The notes under the pieces were generated by a model. That model was not told the origin of the DNA. It did not search any database and saw only the letters and a program-made list of their open reading frames with translations. A DNA stretch of 64,000 nucleotides from Rhodothermales bacterium (GTDB lineage Bacteria; Bacteroidota; Rhodothermia; Rhodothermales; JABDKH01). Location of the stretch: positions 29,494 through 93,493 of the forward strand of contig CAVYIO010000031.1 of assembly GCA_963768565.1 (NCBI GenBank), read 5' to 3'. A program made the position numbers and the translations under genes. Below are positions 37,655-46,635 of this stretch, one piece after another; the stretch's first letter is position 1, and every line of letters starts with the position of its first letter.

Positions 37655-39541
37655 ATGAAACGAGCTGCTATCCGGGTGATCGCGCAGTTGATTATTGGGA
37701 TGACAATCGCGCTTCCCGCGGTCGGACAGGAAGAAGACCTGTCGGATCTGAAGGAGATTGCGATCATCGAGCAAAAGGTAATGGTCCCGATGCGTGACGG
37801 AGTCCGGCTCGCGACGGACATCTACCGGCCAAAGTCGGATATGCCGGTGCCGGTTATCTTCTCGCGTACACCGTACAACTTCAATTCATGGCGCGACGGT
37901 GAGTTGAGCGGCCGGACATTCCGTGCGGCACTCGACGCTGTGAAGCGCGGTTATGCGTATGTCGTTCAGAATGAACGCGGCAAGTTTTTTTCTGAAGGAG
38001 AATGGGATATTCTCGGGCCGCCCACAACTGATGGATACGATGCGTTCACGTGGATGGCGAACCAGGAGTGGTCAAACGGCAAGATCGGCACACTCGGGTG
38101 CTCCTCCACGGCAGAGTGGCAAATGGCGGTGGCCGCCCTCGATCATCCGGCCCACGCGGCACTCGTGCCGATGGGATTCGGAGCCGGCGTTGGACGGGTT
38201 GGCAACTGGTTTGAGCAGGGCAACTGGTACCGCGGCGGCGCACAACAGATGATGTTCACCGCGTGGCTCTATGGGGTCCAGAATACGCAGCGCCCCATGT
38301 TTCCTCCGGGTACTCCACGGGAAGACGTGGTCAGGCTTTCCAGATACTTCGATCTCGCGCCCGAAATGCCCAGCGTAGACTGGTCGACGGCGCTCCGCCA
38401 CCTGCCCGTCGCCGACATCATGAAGAACGTGGATGGTCCCATCGGGACCTACGAAAACATGATCCGGAGAAAGCCCAACGATCCGGCCTGGTACGAAGGG
38501 GGATTGTATCACGATGACATGGCTTTTGGCGCGCCCAGCATGTGGTTCATGTCGTGGTACGACGTTTCGACCGGACCGAACCTGGCTCTCTTCAATCATG
38601 TCCGTGCCAATGCGACGGATCCAGAAGTGCGTGAGAACCAATACGCGGTCATCGCACCGACACTGCATTGTGGCTACAGGAGAGCGACCGAAGAAACGAT
38701 TGTCGGTGAGCGCAGCATGGGAGACGCTCGTCTGGATTACGACGCGCTTATTTACGGCTGGTTCGACTACTGGCTCAAGGGGGAAGACTCTGGCGTACTG
38801 TCGGAGACGCCGAAGGTGCAGTACTTCACCATGGGCATGAACGAGTGGCAATCGTCAGACACGTGGCCCCCGGATAACGTCGAGGCAATCACCTACTATC
38901 TGACTAGCGACGCCGGCGCCAACAGCGTTTTTGGGGATGGAAGACTGACGACCGAGGCTCCCGCGCCGGGGACAGATGCAGACTCCTTTGTGTACGATCC
39001 CGCATTTCCAGTCCCGTCTTATGGAGGGAACGTTTGTTGTACGGGAAACGCCGTTCGCGGGGGCTCTTTCGATCAGCGACAGATGGAAGCCCGACAGGAT
39101 ATTCTTGTCTACTCGACTGAGCCGCTCGAGGAAGGGACTGAAGTCACAGGGACCATCGGTGTTACGCTGTACGTGTCATCTGATGCGCGGGACACCGACT
39201 TCACCGTGAAGCTCATTGATGTGTATCCCGACGGTCGGGCGTTCAATCTGGATGAAACCATCCAGCGGGTTCGATACCGGGACGGATACGACCGGGAAGT
39301 ATTCATGGAGCCCGGGAACGTGTATGAAGTGGAGGTGGGTCCGATGTCGACGAGCAACCACTTCGCAGCCGGACATCGTATTCGCATCGAAGTGTCGAGC
39401 AGCAACTTCCCCCGGTTCGAACGCAACTTGAATACGGGCGGAAACAACTTCGACGAGATTGAAGGTGTAGTCGCGCACAACGAAGTGCATCATTCGGCGC
39501 AGTATCCGTCTCAGATTCGGTTGCCGATCAGGCGACAATAG
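37655..39541 (+). CDS. CocE/NonD-family hydrolase (X-Pro dipeptidyl-peptidase S15-like), secreted
   Basis: Second ATG of track ORF 37601..39541 gives the signal peptide [43 protein letters not shown]...IFSRTPYN N-terminus and a C-terminal beta-sandwich with [13 protein letters not shown]. Confidence 0.85.
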   Translation: MKRAAIRVIAQLIIGMTIALPAVGQEEDLSDLKEIAIIEQKVMVPMRDGVRLATDIYRPKSDMPVPVIFSRTPYNFNSWRDGELSGRTFRAALDAVKRGYAYVVQNERGKFFSEGEWDILGPPTTDGYDAFTWMANQEWSNGKIGTLGCSSTAEWQMAVAALDHPAHAALVPMGFGAGVGRVGNWFEQGNWYRGGAQQMMFTAWLYGVQNTQRPMFPPGTPREDVVRLSRYFDLAPEMPSVDWSTALRHLPVADIMKNVDGPIGTYENMIRRKPNDPAWYEGGLYHDDMAFGAPSMWFMSWYDVSTGPNLALFNHVRANATDPEVRENQYAVIAPTLHCGYRRATEETIVGERSMGDARLDYDALIYGWFDYWLKGEDSGVLSETPKVQYFTMGMNEWQSSDTWPPDNVEAITYYLTSDAGANSVFGDGRLTTEAPAPGTDADSFVYDPAFPVPSYGGNVCCTGNAVRGGSFDQRQMEARQDILVYSTEPLEEGTEVTGTIGVTLYVSSDARDTDFTVKLIDVYPDGRAFNLDETIQRVRYRDGYDREVFMEPGNVYEVEVGPMSTSNHFAAGHRIRIEVSSSNFPRFERNLNTGGNNFDEIEGVVAHNEVHHSAQYPSQIRLPIRRQ

Positions 39542-39554
39542 ACGCCACGGTTGG

Positions 39555-39579
39555 ATCCCGGTACACGGGCCGGGATGAC
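39555..39579. repeat. 25-nt hairpin-forming repeat, copy 1
   Basis: atcccggtacacgggccgggatgac. A 7-bp stem ATCCCGG/CCGGGAT encloses an 8-nt loop. Confidence 0.8.
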
Positions 39580-39620
39580 GGGCTCGTTTCACGCGGCACT
39601 TCTGAGTCATTCTTGCGCAC

Positions 39621-39640
39621 GCCCCTGCGAAGGCGGGGGC
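39621..39640. terminator. GC-rich hairpin between convergent genes (candidate bidirectional terminator)
   Basis: gcccctgc-gaag-gcgggggc: an 8-bp stem (one G-U pair) with a 4-nt loop, lying between the stops of the CocE/NonD (+) and DPP-IV (-) genes. No clear U-tract. Confidence 0.35.
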
Positions 39641-39665
39641 AGGCGAGAATCTATACAACGGATGA

Positions 39666-39690
39666 ATCCCGGCACACGGGCCGGGATGAC
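39666..39690. repeat. 25-nt hairpin-forming repeat, copy 2 (1 mismatch)
   Basis: atcccggcacacgggccgggatgac, 111 bp downstream of copy 1. Confidence 0.8.
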
Positions 39691-39741
39691 ACTCGAGGAG
39701 CCCCCGGCGCTGGACCGCACGATTGATTCGACCCTCGCACT

Positions 39742-42039
39742 CTACCGGCTTGCACCGATCTCATACTCGACGGGTGGCTCCGCGCCCATCAGGTGGCGAA
39801 CGAAGTAGTCCCACCGTCGTCGGATCATGTACCCCTCACGACCGAATCCGTGTCGGCGGTTGGGAAACAGCAGGAGATCGAAATCCTTGTTCGCCGCGAT
39901 CAACGCGTCTACTACCAGCAGCGTGTTGTAGTACGGGACATTGTCATCCAGTGTGCCGTGTGCGAGCAGCAGTTTGCCCTTCAGGTTCTGCGCCATCAAC
40001 TGGTTCGCCTGGTTGTCGTAGTTCGTCGTACCGTCTGCATCAGTGACCAGTAACCCCTGCCATTTCTCGGCCCAGTCGTCCTCGTAGTTCCGATTGTCAT
40101 GGTTGCCGGCGCCCGAGACCGCCACCTTGTAGAAATCAGGATAACGCAGAATCCCGGCCGTTGACGCGAAGCCTCCGCCAGAGTGTCCGTAAATGCCCAC
40201 ACGGTCCAGATCCATCCACGGGTACCGGCTCCCAAGCTCCTTGATGCCGGCGATCTGATCGGGTAATCCGTTGTCTCCCATGTCTCCGTAGTATGCCGTG
40301 TGGAATGACTTGGATCGCATTGGAGTGCCCATCGCGTCCAGCTCCACCACGATGAACCCGAGCTCTGCAAGGGCCTGCTTGTCCCCGCGCGACGGCATGA
40401 AGCTTCTTGTGCCCACGCTACCGGTCTGCGGCCCCGGATAGATATAGTTGATGACGGGATACTTCCTTGACTCGTCGAGGCGGGTTGGCGTGTACATCAG
40501 GCCGTACAGGTCGGTGCTGCCATCCCGAGCCTTTACCGTGAACGGGATCGGTGCCTGCCAGCCCATGTCAACCAGCTTGCTGATGTCGGCCTGCTCCAGT
40601 GACACGACGACCTCACCATTCGTATTGCGCAGCACCGTTGTCTGCGGAGTCGTGGGAGTCGAGTAGCTGTCGACGAAGTAGGCGCCCGACGGCGAAAGCG
40701 AAATCTGATGACTCGCATTCTCCGGCGTCAGTAGCGTCAGGCCTCCGCCGTCGATTCCCACCTTGTACAGATACTGGAAATACGGATCACCCTCCTCTCG
40801 TCCCGACCCGGTGAGGTAGATGACCCGGGCGTCCTCGTCAATGTGCAGGACCTGCAACACATTCCACGGACCCCCGGTGATCTGCCGCCTCAGTTCTCCA
40901 GAGACGAGGTCATACAGGTAGAGGTGTCCCCAGTCGTCCCGCTGAGAGTACCAGATCACCTCGTTCGATTTGTGCAAGACGTTCCAGTTCACCTTGTTGA
41001 AACCCGACTCGTAGAACGTGTCTACGATTTCCTCCATGACGTTTCGCACGTCACCTGATTCCGGATCCGCCACGCGCAGTTTTGCTTCCTTGTGGTCGCG
41101 GGAGCTGGATACGAAAGCGAGCTCTGCGGAGTCGGCGCTCCACGTCACGTCGGCCCATCCTTCGCCGCGGCACACGATATGGTCACAGATGGTTGAGCGA
41201 TGGGGGTCCGGTGGCATCTGCAGGCGCACGGCGTTTCCGGCATCGACGTCAATCACCACGCGTTCTATCCGGAAGATCAGGCTGTCGCCGGGCAGGGGGT
41301 ACTTCCAGGAGTCAAGGGTCGGGTGTCCAACATTTGTGGTCGTCAGATGCATGTCGCGCACAAAGCGCCCGTCATGTCTGAACGTCGCAATCTTCTTTGA
41401 ATCCGGCGACCATAGAAGGACAGGCGTATCACTACGGAGCCAGCCCGCGTTGTTCGTCGCGTAGCCGTAGTTTTCCGCGCCATCAGAGGTAAGCTGTTTT
41501 TCTTCTCCCGACTCCAGATCCCGAACCCACAGATTGTGATCGCGGACAAAGGCGCCCTGCTTGCCGTCAGGTGATTCAATCACGCTCCGATCGCGTTGCT
41601 GGTCGGTGCCAGGCTCTTGGGTACAGGCGTACGACTCCAGGTTGCAACGGAATCCTTCACGGCCCACGCTGAAGGTGATCGAATCTTCGTCGTCCGAGAA
41701 TTCGAAGTCGCGAAAGGGCAACTCGATCGCGGAGTACGTCGACTCCATTGCATCCGAAAGCACGAGCGCCAGTCGGTCGTGATCAAATGCTCTCGTTCTT
41801 GTGCCGGCAACAGGATCGACAAGTACAAACTCTGAGCCGTCAGGAATGGAATTGCGGTACCAGAAGCGGTCTCCCGACATCCAGTTCGGCCGAACGGACA
41901 TTCCGTAAACAAGAGAGAACGTGCTGGACGCGAGGTACTTCTCCGCGCGCGCATAATCCTCTGTCGTAATACTGTCTTGCTGGGCGATCGAGGGTGACGC
42001 CGCGACGAATAGAATCAGAACTGCTATTAGGTGTCTCAT
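39742..42039 (-). CDS. Dipeptidyl-peptidase IV-type prolyl peptidase (S9B), secreted
   Basis: 765 aa. Signal peptide MRHLIAVLILFVAASPSIAQ, an N-terminal beta-propeller region, and the catalytic GHSGGGFAS with downstream D and H motifs. Confidence 0.9.
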   Translation of the reverse strand: MRHLIAVLILFVAASPSIAQQDSITTEDYARAEKYLASSTFSLVYGMSVRPNWMSGDRFWYRNSIPDGSEFVLVDPVAGTRTRAFDHDRLALVLSDAMESTYSAIELPFRDFEFSDDEDSITFSVGREGFRCNLESYACTQEPGTDQQRDRSVIESPDGKQGAFVRDHNLWVRDLESGEEKQLTSDGAENYGYATNNAGWLRSDTPVLLWSPDSKKIATFRHDGRFVRDMHLTTTNVGHPTLDSWKYPLPGDSLIFRIERVVIDVDAGNAVRLQMPPDPHRSTICDHIVCRGEGWADVTWSADSAELAFVSSSRDHKEAKLRVADPESGDVRNVMEEIVDTFYESGFNKVNWNVLHKSNEVIWYSQRDDWGHLYLYDLVSGELRRQITGGPWNVLQVLHIDEDARVIYLTGSGREEGDPYFQYLYKVGIDGGGLTLLTPENASHQISLSPSGAYFVDSYSTPTTPQTTVLRNTNGEVVVSLEQADISKLVDMGWQAPIPFTVKARDGSTDLYGLMYTPTRLDESRKYPVINYIYPGPQTGSVGTRSFMPSRGDKQALAELGFIVVELDAMGTPMRSKSFHTAYYGDMGDNGLPDQIAGIKELGSRYPWMDLDRVGIYGHSGGGFASTAGILRYPDFYKVAVSGAGNHDNRNYEDDWAEKWQGLLVTDADGTTNYDNQANQLMAQNLKGKLLLAHGTLDDNVPYYNTLLVVDALIAANKDFDLLLFPNRRHGFGREGYMIRRRWDYFVRHLMGAEPPVEYEIGASR

Positions 42040-42612
42040 TGTCTGGATCGAGATGTGAGAGGTCGTGACGATGTGGCGTAGCAGGTCTTGTAGACTCTGG
42101 CAGCCGCGCCCTCACAATTGAACGTGACTTGAAGCGGCGAAATCGTGAATCCCGGGAAGACCTTCGTGAAAGAGAAGGTCCTTCATCGGGATTGTCAAGC
42201 GTATTTGGATGAACATCTCAAGGTGGTCGGTTCAAGACCTTCAGGACCGCCATCAGCACTCTGGCTGGTTGACATCCGGTGATGCCGCGAGCAAGTCTGT
42301 GCTTTTCTCGACGGTGAAATTCGGCGTAGCAATTTCGCCTAAACGAAAGCACCAACGAGATCGGGATGTCGGAGCGGTTTCGTTCGGGCGAAGTGATGTA
42401 TCAAGTCTGGGAGCGGTCCATTCGACTGGCGCGATCGTCAGATCAGACCAAATCCTTCCGGATCGCTTCCGGAGACGGTTATGCGCAATCGGGGCCTGGC
42501 AACAGATGTGTTTCTGGATACAGACGACAAGCTCGACTGGCTCACCGCCGGCCAGGCAGCCTCCATCCTTGCTCTTCTCCGCCTATCTTCTGGCCGAAGG
42601 CAATCCTAATCG

Positions 42613-43614
42613 GTGAACGCGTTGACACAGGATCCATTCAAGATCGCCGCTGTGCAGGCCAGCTCCGTTTTTCTCGACCATGATGCGTGTGTTGACAAAG
42701 CCTGCCGCTTGATTGGGGAGGCGGCTGCCGGAGGTGCACGGCTGGTCGTATTCCCTGAGGCATTCATTCCCGGATATCCAGTGTGGTCGTGGTTTATCCC
42801 GCCGGTCAACACGCATCCACTCCGGGAAGTCTACGCCGAGTTGCACGCCAATTCGGTTTCGATACCGGGTCCCGCAACGGCGCGAATCGGTGAGGCTGCT
42901 GCGACCCACGGAGTCACGGTTGCCGTCGCAGTCAATGAGCGCAACAGTGAGGCCAGTGATTCGACACTCTACAACACGCTGCTCTTCATTGGATCAGACG
43001 GGTCAATTCTCGGCAAGCATCGAAAACTGGTTCCGACCGCGGCAGAAAGGATGGTCTGGGGACGTGGCGACGGTAGCGGGCTCAAGGTCTATGAGACTGA
43101 CATCGGCCGACTCGGCGGACTTCTCTGCTGGGAGAATTACATGCCGCTGGCAAGGTATGCGCTCTCAGCAATGGGTCAGCAGATTCACGTTGCACCCACG
43201 TGGGATCGCGGTGAGCCGTGGATCTCGACGATGAGGCACACGGCAAAGGAGAGCCGGTGCTTTGTGGTGGCATGCTGTCAGGCTTTTCACAAGGACGACA
43301 TTCCGGACAGGTTCGCGTTCAAGGAGAAATTCCTACAAGACGTAGACGGATGGATTAATCCCGGCCTGAGTCTGATCGTGGATCCCGATGGCAAGATCGT
43401 CGCAGGTCCCGTGGCGGAAGAGGAGACCATTCTGTACGCAGAGGTTCGGCCGGATCAGCTCGTCGGACCGAGATGGCAACTGGACGTCGCCGGCCATTAC
43501 GCCCGGCCCGATATTTTTGAACTTCGTCTTCATCGCAATTCGACTCCTTTCCTTCAGGTCGAGGAGCCCCCGGCGGACCGGGGTAACGATGACGTCCCTG
43601 AACACGATGACTAG
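42613..43614 (+). CDS. Nitrilase / carbon-nitrogen hydrolase
   Basis: Glu-Lys-Cys triad contexts VVFPEAFIPGYP, GKHRKLVPT and GGLLCWENYMPLARY. GTG start. Confidence 0.85.
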   Translation: MNALTQDPFKIAAVQASSVFLDHDACVDKACRLIGEAAAGGARLVVFPEAFIPGYPVWSWFIPPVNTHPLREVYAELHANSVSIPGPATARIGEAAATHGVTVAVAVNERNSEASDSTLYNTLLFIGSDGSILGKHRKLVPTAAERMVWGRGDGSGLKVYETDIGRLGGLLCWENYMPLARYALSAMGQQIHVAPTWDRGEPWISTMRHTAKESRCFVVACCQAFHKDDIPDRFAFKEKFLQDVDGWINPGLSLIVDPDGKIVAGPVAEEETILYAEVRPDQLVGPRWQLDVAGHYARPDIFELRLHRNSTPFLQVEEPPADRGNDDVPEHDD

Positions 43615-43623
43615 GCAGCGAAG

Positions 43624-44079
43624 ATGGACCCGAGCACACTACTTCTGCAGGAACGGACGCTGATGGCGCGGCTCGTACGTGGTCTGGACCACGATCAACT
43701 GGTTGCGATTCCTGAAGGTCACCGGAACAACATCCTCTGGAATCTCGGGCACGTGGTTGTGACTCAGCAAAGGCTGCACAACAGGTTGGCGGGTCTGGAG
43801 ATGTACGTTTCGCCAGAGATGGAGGCGGCTTTCAAGATCGGAACCTCGCCTGCCGATTGGCTCGCTCTTCCCGATCTGTCGATGATCTTGTCCTTATTGG
43901 AGGAGTTGCCACGCCGACTACGTGATGACCATAAAGCCGGCCGGTTCGCGAACTTTCAGGAATACACTACCGCCACCGGAATTCAGCTTGGGACGATCGA
44001 AGACGCTCTTGTCTTCAATCACTTCCACGAAGGTCTACACATGGGTGTGATGATGAGTCTCCGAAAGCTGGTAGCGTAG
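43624..44079 (+). CDS. DinB-family protein
   Basis: 151 aa; ILWNLGHVV...FNHFHEGLHMGVMMSL His pattern. Confidence 0.75.
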   Translation: MDPSTLLLQERTLMARLVRGLDHDQLVAIPEGHRNNILWNLGHVVVTQQRLHNRLAGLEMYVSPEMEAAFKIGTSPADWLALPDLSMILSLLEELPRRLRDDHKAGRFANFQEYTTATGIQLGTIEDALVFNHFHEGLHMGVMMSLRKLVA

Positions 44080-44200
44080 GCCGGGGTGCCACCTGCAGTG
44101 ATGACCCTCTCCGGGTGTCCTCGGGCGGGCCCGTGAAACGGCAGCGCCATTCTGCTGTACACACACTTGCCGGTTGAGATGCACTATTAATGGCAGTGTG

Positions 44201-46618
44201 ATGAGCGCTTCGGTTTGGCGAGACAGGCTGAAGAAACTCGGGACAAAGTCTCCCATTGAGTCGGATCTGTCCAACTATCGAGCGCAACTGGTGCCCATCG
44301 ATCAAGCTGGTCGCGGCCTCGAGGTCAGGACAGACGAGCAGCTTAGCAACCTGGCAGTGTCGCTTCGCCACCGTGCGGAGGCGGGCGAACCGGCGGACAG
44401 TCTGCTGGTCGAGGTATTCGCGCTCACGCGCGAAGTGGCCATGCGGACGCTTGGGATGCGCCCGTTCGATGTTCAGGTGCTCGCCGCCATCGCTCTTCAC
44501 AGGGGCAAGTTGGTCGAGATGGCTACAGGCGAAGGCAAGACGCTGGCCGCGGTACTTCCCGCCGTCCTAAACGCACTTGCGGGTCACGGTGTGCACGTCC
44601 TCACGTTCAATGACTATCTGGCAAGGCGCGACGCCGCGTGGATGGGGCCGGTGTATCGGAGCCTGGGTCTTCGGGTCGGAATAGTTCAGACGCAAGCGCA
44701 ACCCGAAGTACGAAAAGACGCCTATGCTGCGGACGTGACCTATGGAACCGCGAAGGAGGCGGGCTTCGATCTTCTCCGGATGAACCTGTGCCGAAATGCG
44801 GGCGACGTGGTCCACCGGCCATTTCACTATGCGATAGTGGACGAGGCGGATTCCATACTCATCGATGAGGCCCGCGTCCCGCTGGTCATTGCGGGAGAAC
44901 GGACCTCGTCCAGCACAAGCCCTCGTGAGATCGCGCTGGTTGTCGCGGGGCTGGTCGAGGAACGAGATTGGGAGACGAGCGAGTTCGGTCGAAACGTCGA
45001 GCTGACGGAAGCCGGGTTGGACCGGGTCGAACTCGCCCTCGGATGTGGTGATCTGCATGACAGTGACAACTATCTCCTGCTGACGGAAGTGAACCAGTCC
45101 GTGCACGCGCATGCCCTCCTGCAGCGTGATGTTGACTACATCGTACGCGACGAGCGCATCGAGTTGGTCGATGAGTTCACTGGGCGTGTCGTGAACGATC
45201 GGCGTTGGCCGGACGGCCTACAGGCGGCCATTGAGGCGAAGGAGGGCTTGCCCGTGAGGCCGGGCGGACGCATTCTGGGGTCGATAACACTTCAGCATTT
45301 CCTGGCGCACTATCCGCGCCTTGCGGGCATGACAGCCACTGCGCAGCCGGCGGCCAACGAGTTGCAGAGTTTCTACGGACTGAACGTCGTTCCAATTTCA
45401 CCGAATCGGGAATGCATCCGACAGGACTTATCGGATCTGGTGTTTACGCATGAGGCGGCGCGAACCAGGGCGCTCGTCACGGAGATCTGTTCATTGCATG
45501 AGACAGGCAGGCCCGTTCTCGTGGGCACGCGAAGCGTCGCAGAATCGGAGCGACTGGCAGCGCGGTTGAGTGAGCGCGATGTTAAGTGCCGGATACTAAA
45601 CGCAAAGCACGATGAGGAGGAAGCATCGGTCATTGCTGAGGCTGGAGCGATCGGAGCCGTTACGATTTCGACCAACATGGCGGGGCGCGGCACCGACATC
45701 CGTCTGGGCGGCGTCGATGAGGTCGATCGAGATGCCGTCGTGCGACTTGGCGGTCTTTATGTTCTGGGGACTAACCGGCACGAAAGCAGACGGATTGACG
45801 ACCAGCTTCGTGGTCGTGCCGGGCGCCAGGGTGATCCGGGTACGTCTCGCTTCTTCGTAAGTCTCGACGACGACCTGATGATTCGCTACGGAATCGACGA
45901 CCTCATTCCGCCGATGCTGCGACCGCGCGATCAGGATGAGTCTATTGATCATGCGGTGGTGAGACGCGAACTGGATCGGGTTCAGCGAATCGCCGAAGGG
46001 CAGAACTTCGAAATACGCCGTACGCTACATCGGTATTCTATGCTCGTCGAGGAACAACGCCAGAAGTTACATGCCTGGCGCGCCGAGGTGCTTGCCGGCG
46101 AGGCGGATCTCGACGTCTGGTCTGCCCGCCAGGAAGAGTTGTTTCGATGGGCGGTGGATCAATTTGGATCTGAGATGACGTGGGAGGCGGAACGTGAAGC
46201 GACACTGCACTTCATTGATGAGTGTTGGGCCGAGCAGCTGGCGTTCGTCGCGCATTTGCGGGAGGGGATCCATCTTGTAGGCATCGGTGGGCTCGATCCC
46301 CTTTATGAGTTCCACAAGCAGATCGCAGACGGTTTCTGGACGGTCTATGACTGCGTCGAGCAGCGCACGGCCAAAGCTCTTGTCGATGTGAACGCGGCCG
46401 GTAACAGTTTGAGTCTGGATGCTGCGGGCGTGCGTGCGCCATCCTCGACTTGGACGTATCTGGTGAACGACCAGGCGCTAACGGAGCTGCAGCAGATGCT
46501 TTTTGGAAGAGGGAATGTGGCGTTCACGGCAGGTGCGGTTGTGATGGCGTGGCCGATACTGGCGGCGTGGGCAATCTGGCGACGAATTTCTCTGCGCCGC
46601 GCTTCAGCAACCGATTAG
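44201..46618 (+). CDS. SecA2-like accessory preprotein-translocase ATPase with a C-terminal hydrophobic anchor
   Basis: First ATG of track ORF 44174..46618. Motifs MATGEGKTL, VDEADSILIDEARVPLVIAG, TNMAGRGTDI and GTNRHESRRIDDQLRGRAGRQGDPG. About 805 aa, so shorter than housekeeping SecA. Ends in AFTAGAVVMAWPILAAWAIWRRISLRR. Confidence 0.85.
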   Translation: MSASVWRDRLKKLGTKSPIESDLSNYRAQLVPIDQAGRGLEVRTDEQLSNLAVSLRHRAEAGEPADSLLVEVFALTREVAMRTLGMRPFDVQVLAAIALHRGKLVEMATGEGKTLAAVLPAVLNALAGHGVHVLTFNDYLARRDAAWMGPVYRSLGLRVGIVQTQAQPEVRKDAYAADVTYGTAKEAGFDLLRMNLCRNAGDVVHRPFHYAIVDEADSILIDEARVPLVIAGERTSSSTSPREIALVVAGLVEERDWETSEFGRNVELTEAGLDRVELALGCGDLHDSDNYLLLTEVNQSVHAHALLQRDVDYIVRDERIELVDEFTGRVVNDRRWPDGLQAAIEAKEGLPVRPGGRILGSITLQHFLAHYPRLAGMTATAQPAANELQSFYGLNVVPISPNRECIRQDLSDLVFTHEAARTRALVTEICSLHETGRPVLVGTRSVAESERLAARLSERDVKCRILNAKHDEEEASVIAEAGAIGAVTISTNMAGRGTDIRLGGVDEVDRDAVVRLGGLYVLGTNRHESRRIDDQLRGRAGRQGDPGTSRFFVSLDDDLMIRYGIDDLIPPMLRPRDQDESIDHAVVRRELDRVQRIAEGQNFEIRRTLHRYSMLVEEQRQKLHAWRAEVLAGEADLDVWSARQEELFRWAVDQFGSEMTWEAEREATLHFIDECWAEQLAFVAHLREGIHLVGIGGLDPLYEFHKQIADGFWTVYDCVEQRTAKALVDVNAAGNSLSLDAAGVRAPSSTWTYLVNDQALTELQQMLFGRGNVAFTAGAVVMAWPILAAWAIWRRISLRRASATD

Positions 46619-46635
46619 AAATCGGCGCGACCTGT

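Noticed and set aside
42454-42474. ccttccggatcgcttccggag resembles the CCGGAAGG core of SRP (4.5S) RNA on the minus strand
   Set aside because: The flanking sequence lacks the conserved GGAAGCAGC and symmetric-loop context, and I could not draw a long closing helix. More likely a tandem short repeat with palindromic TCCGGA.
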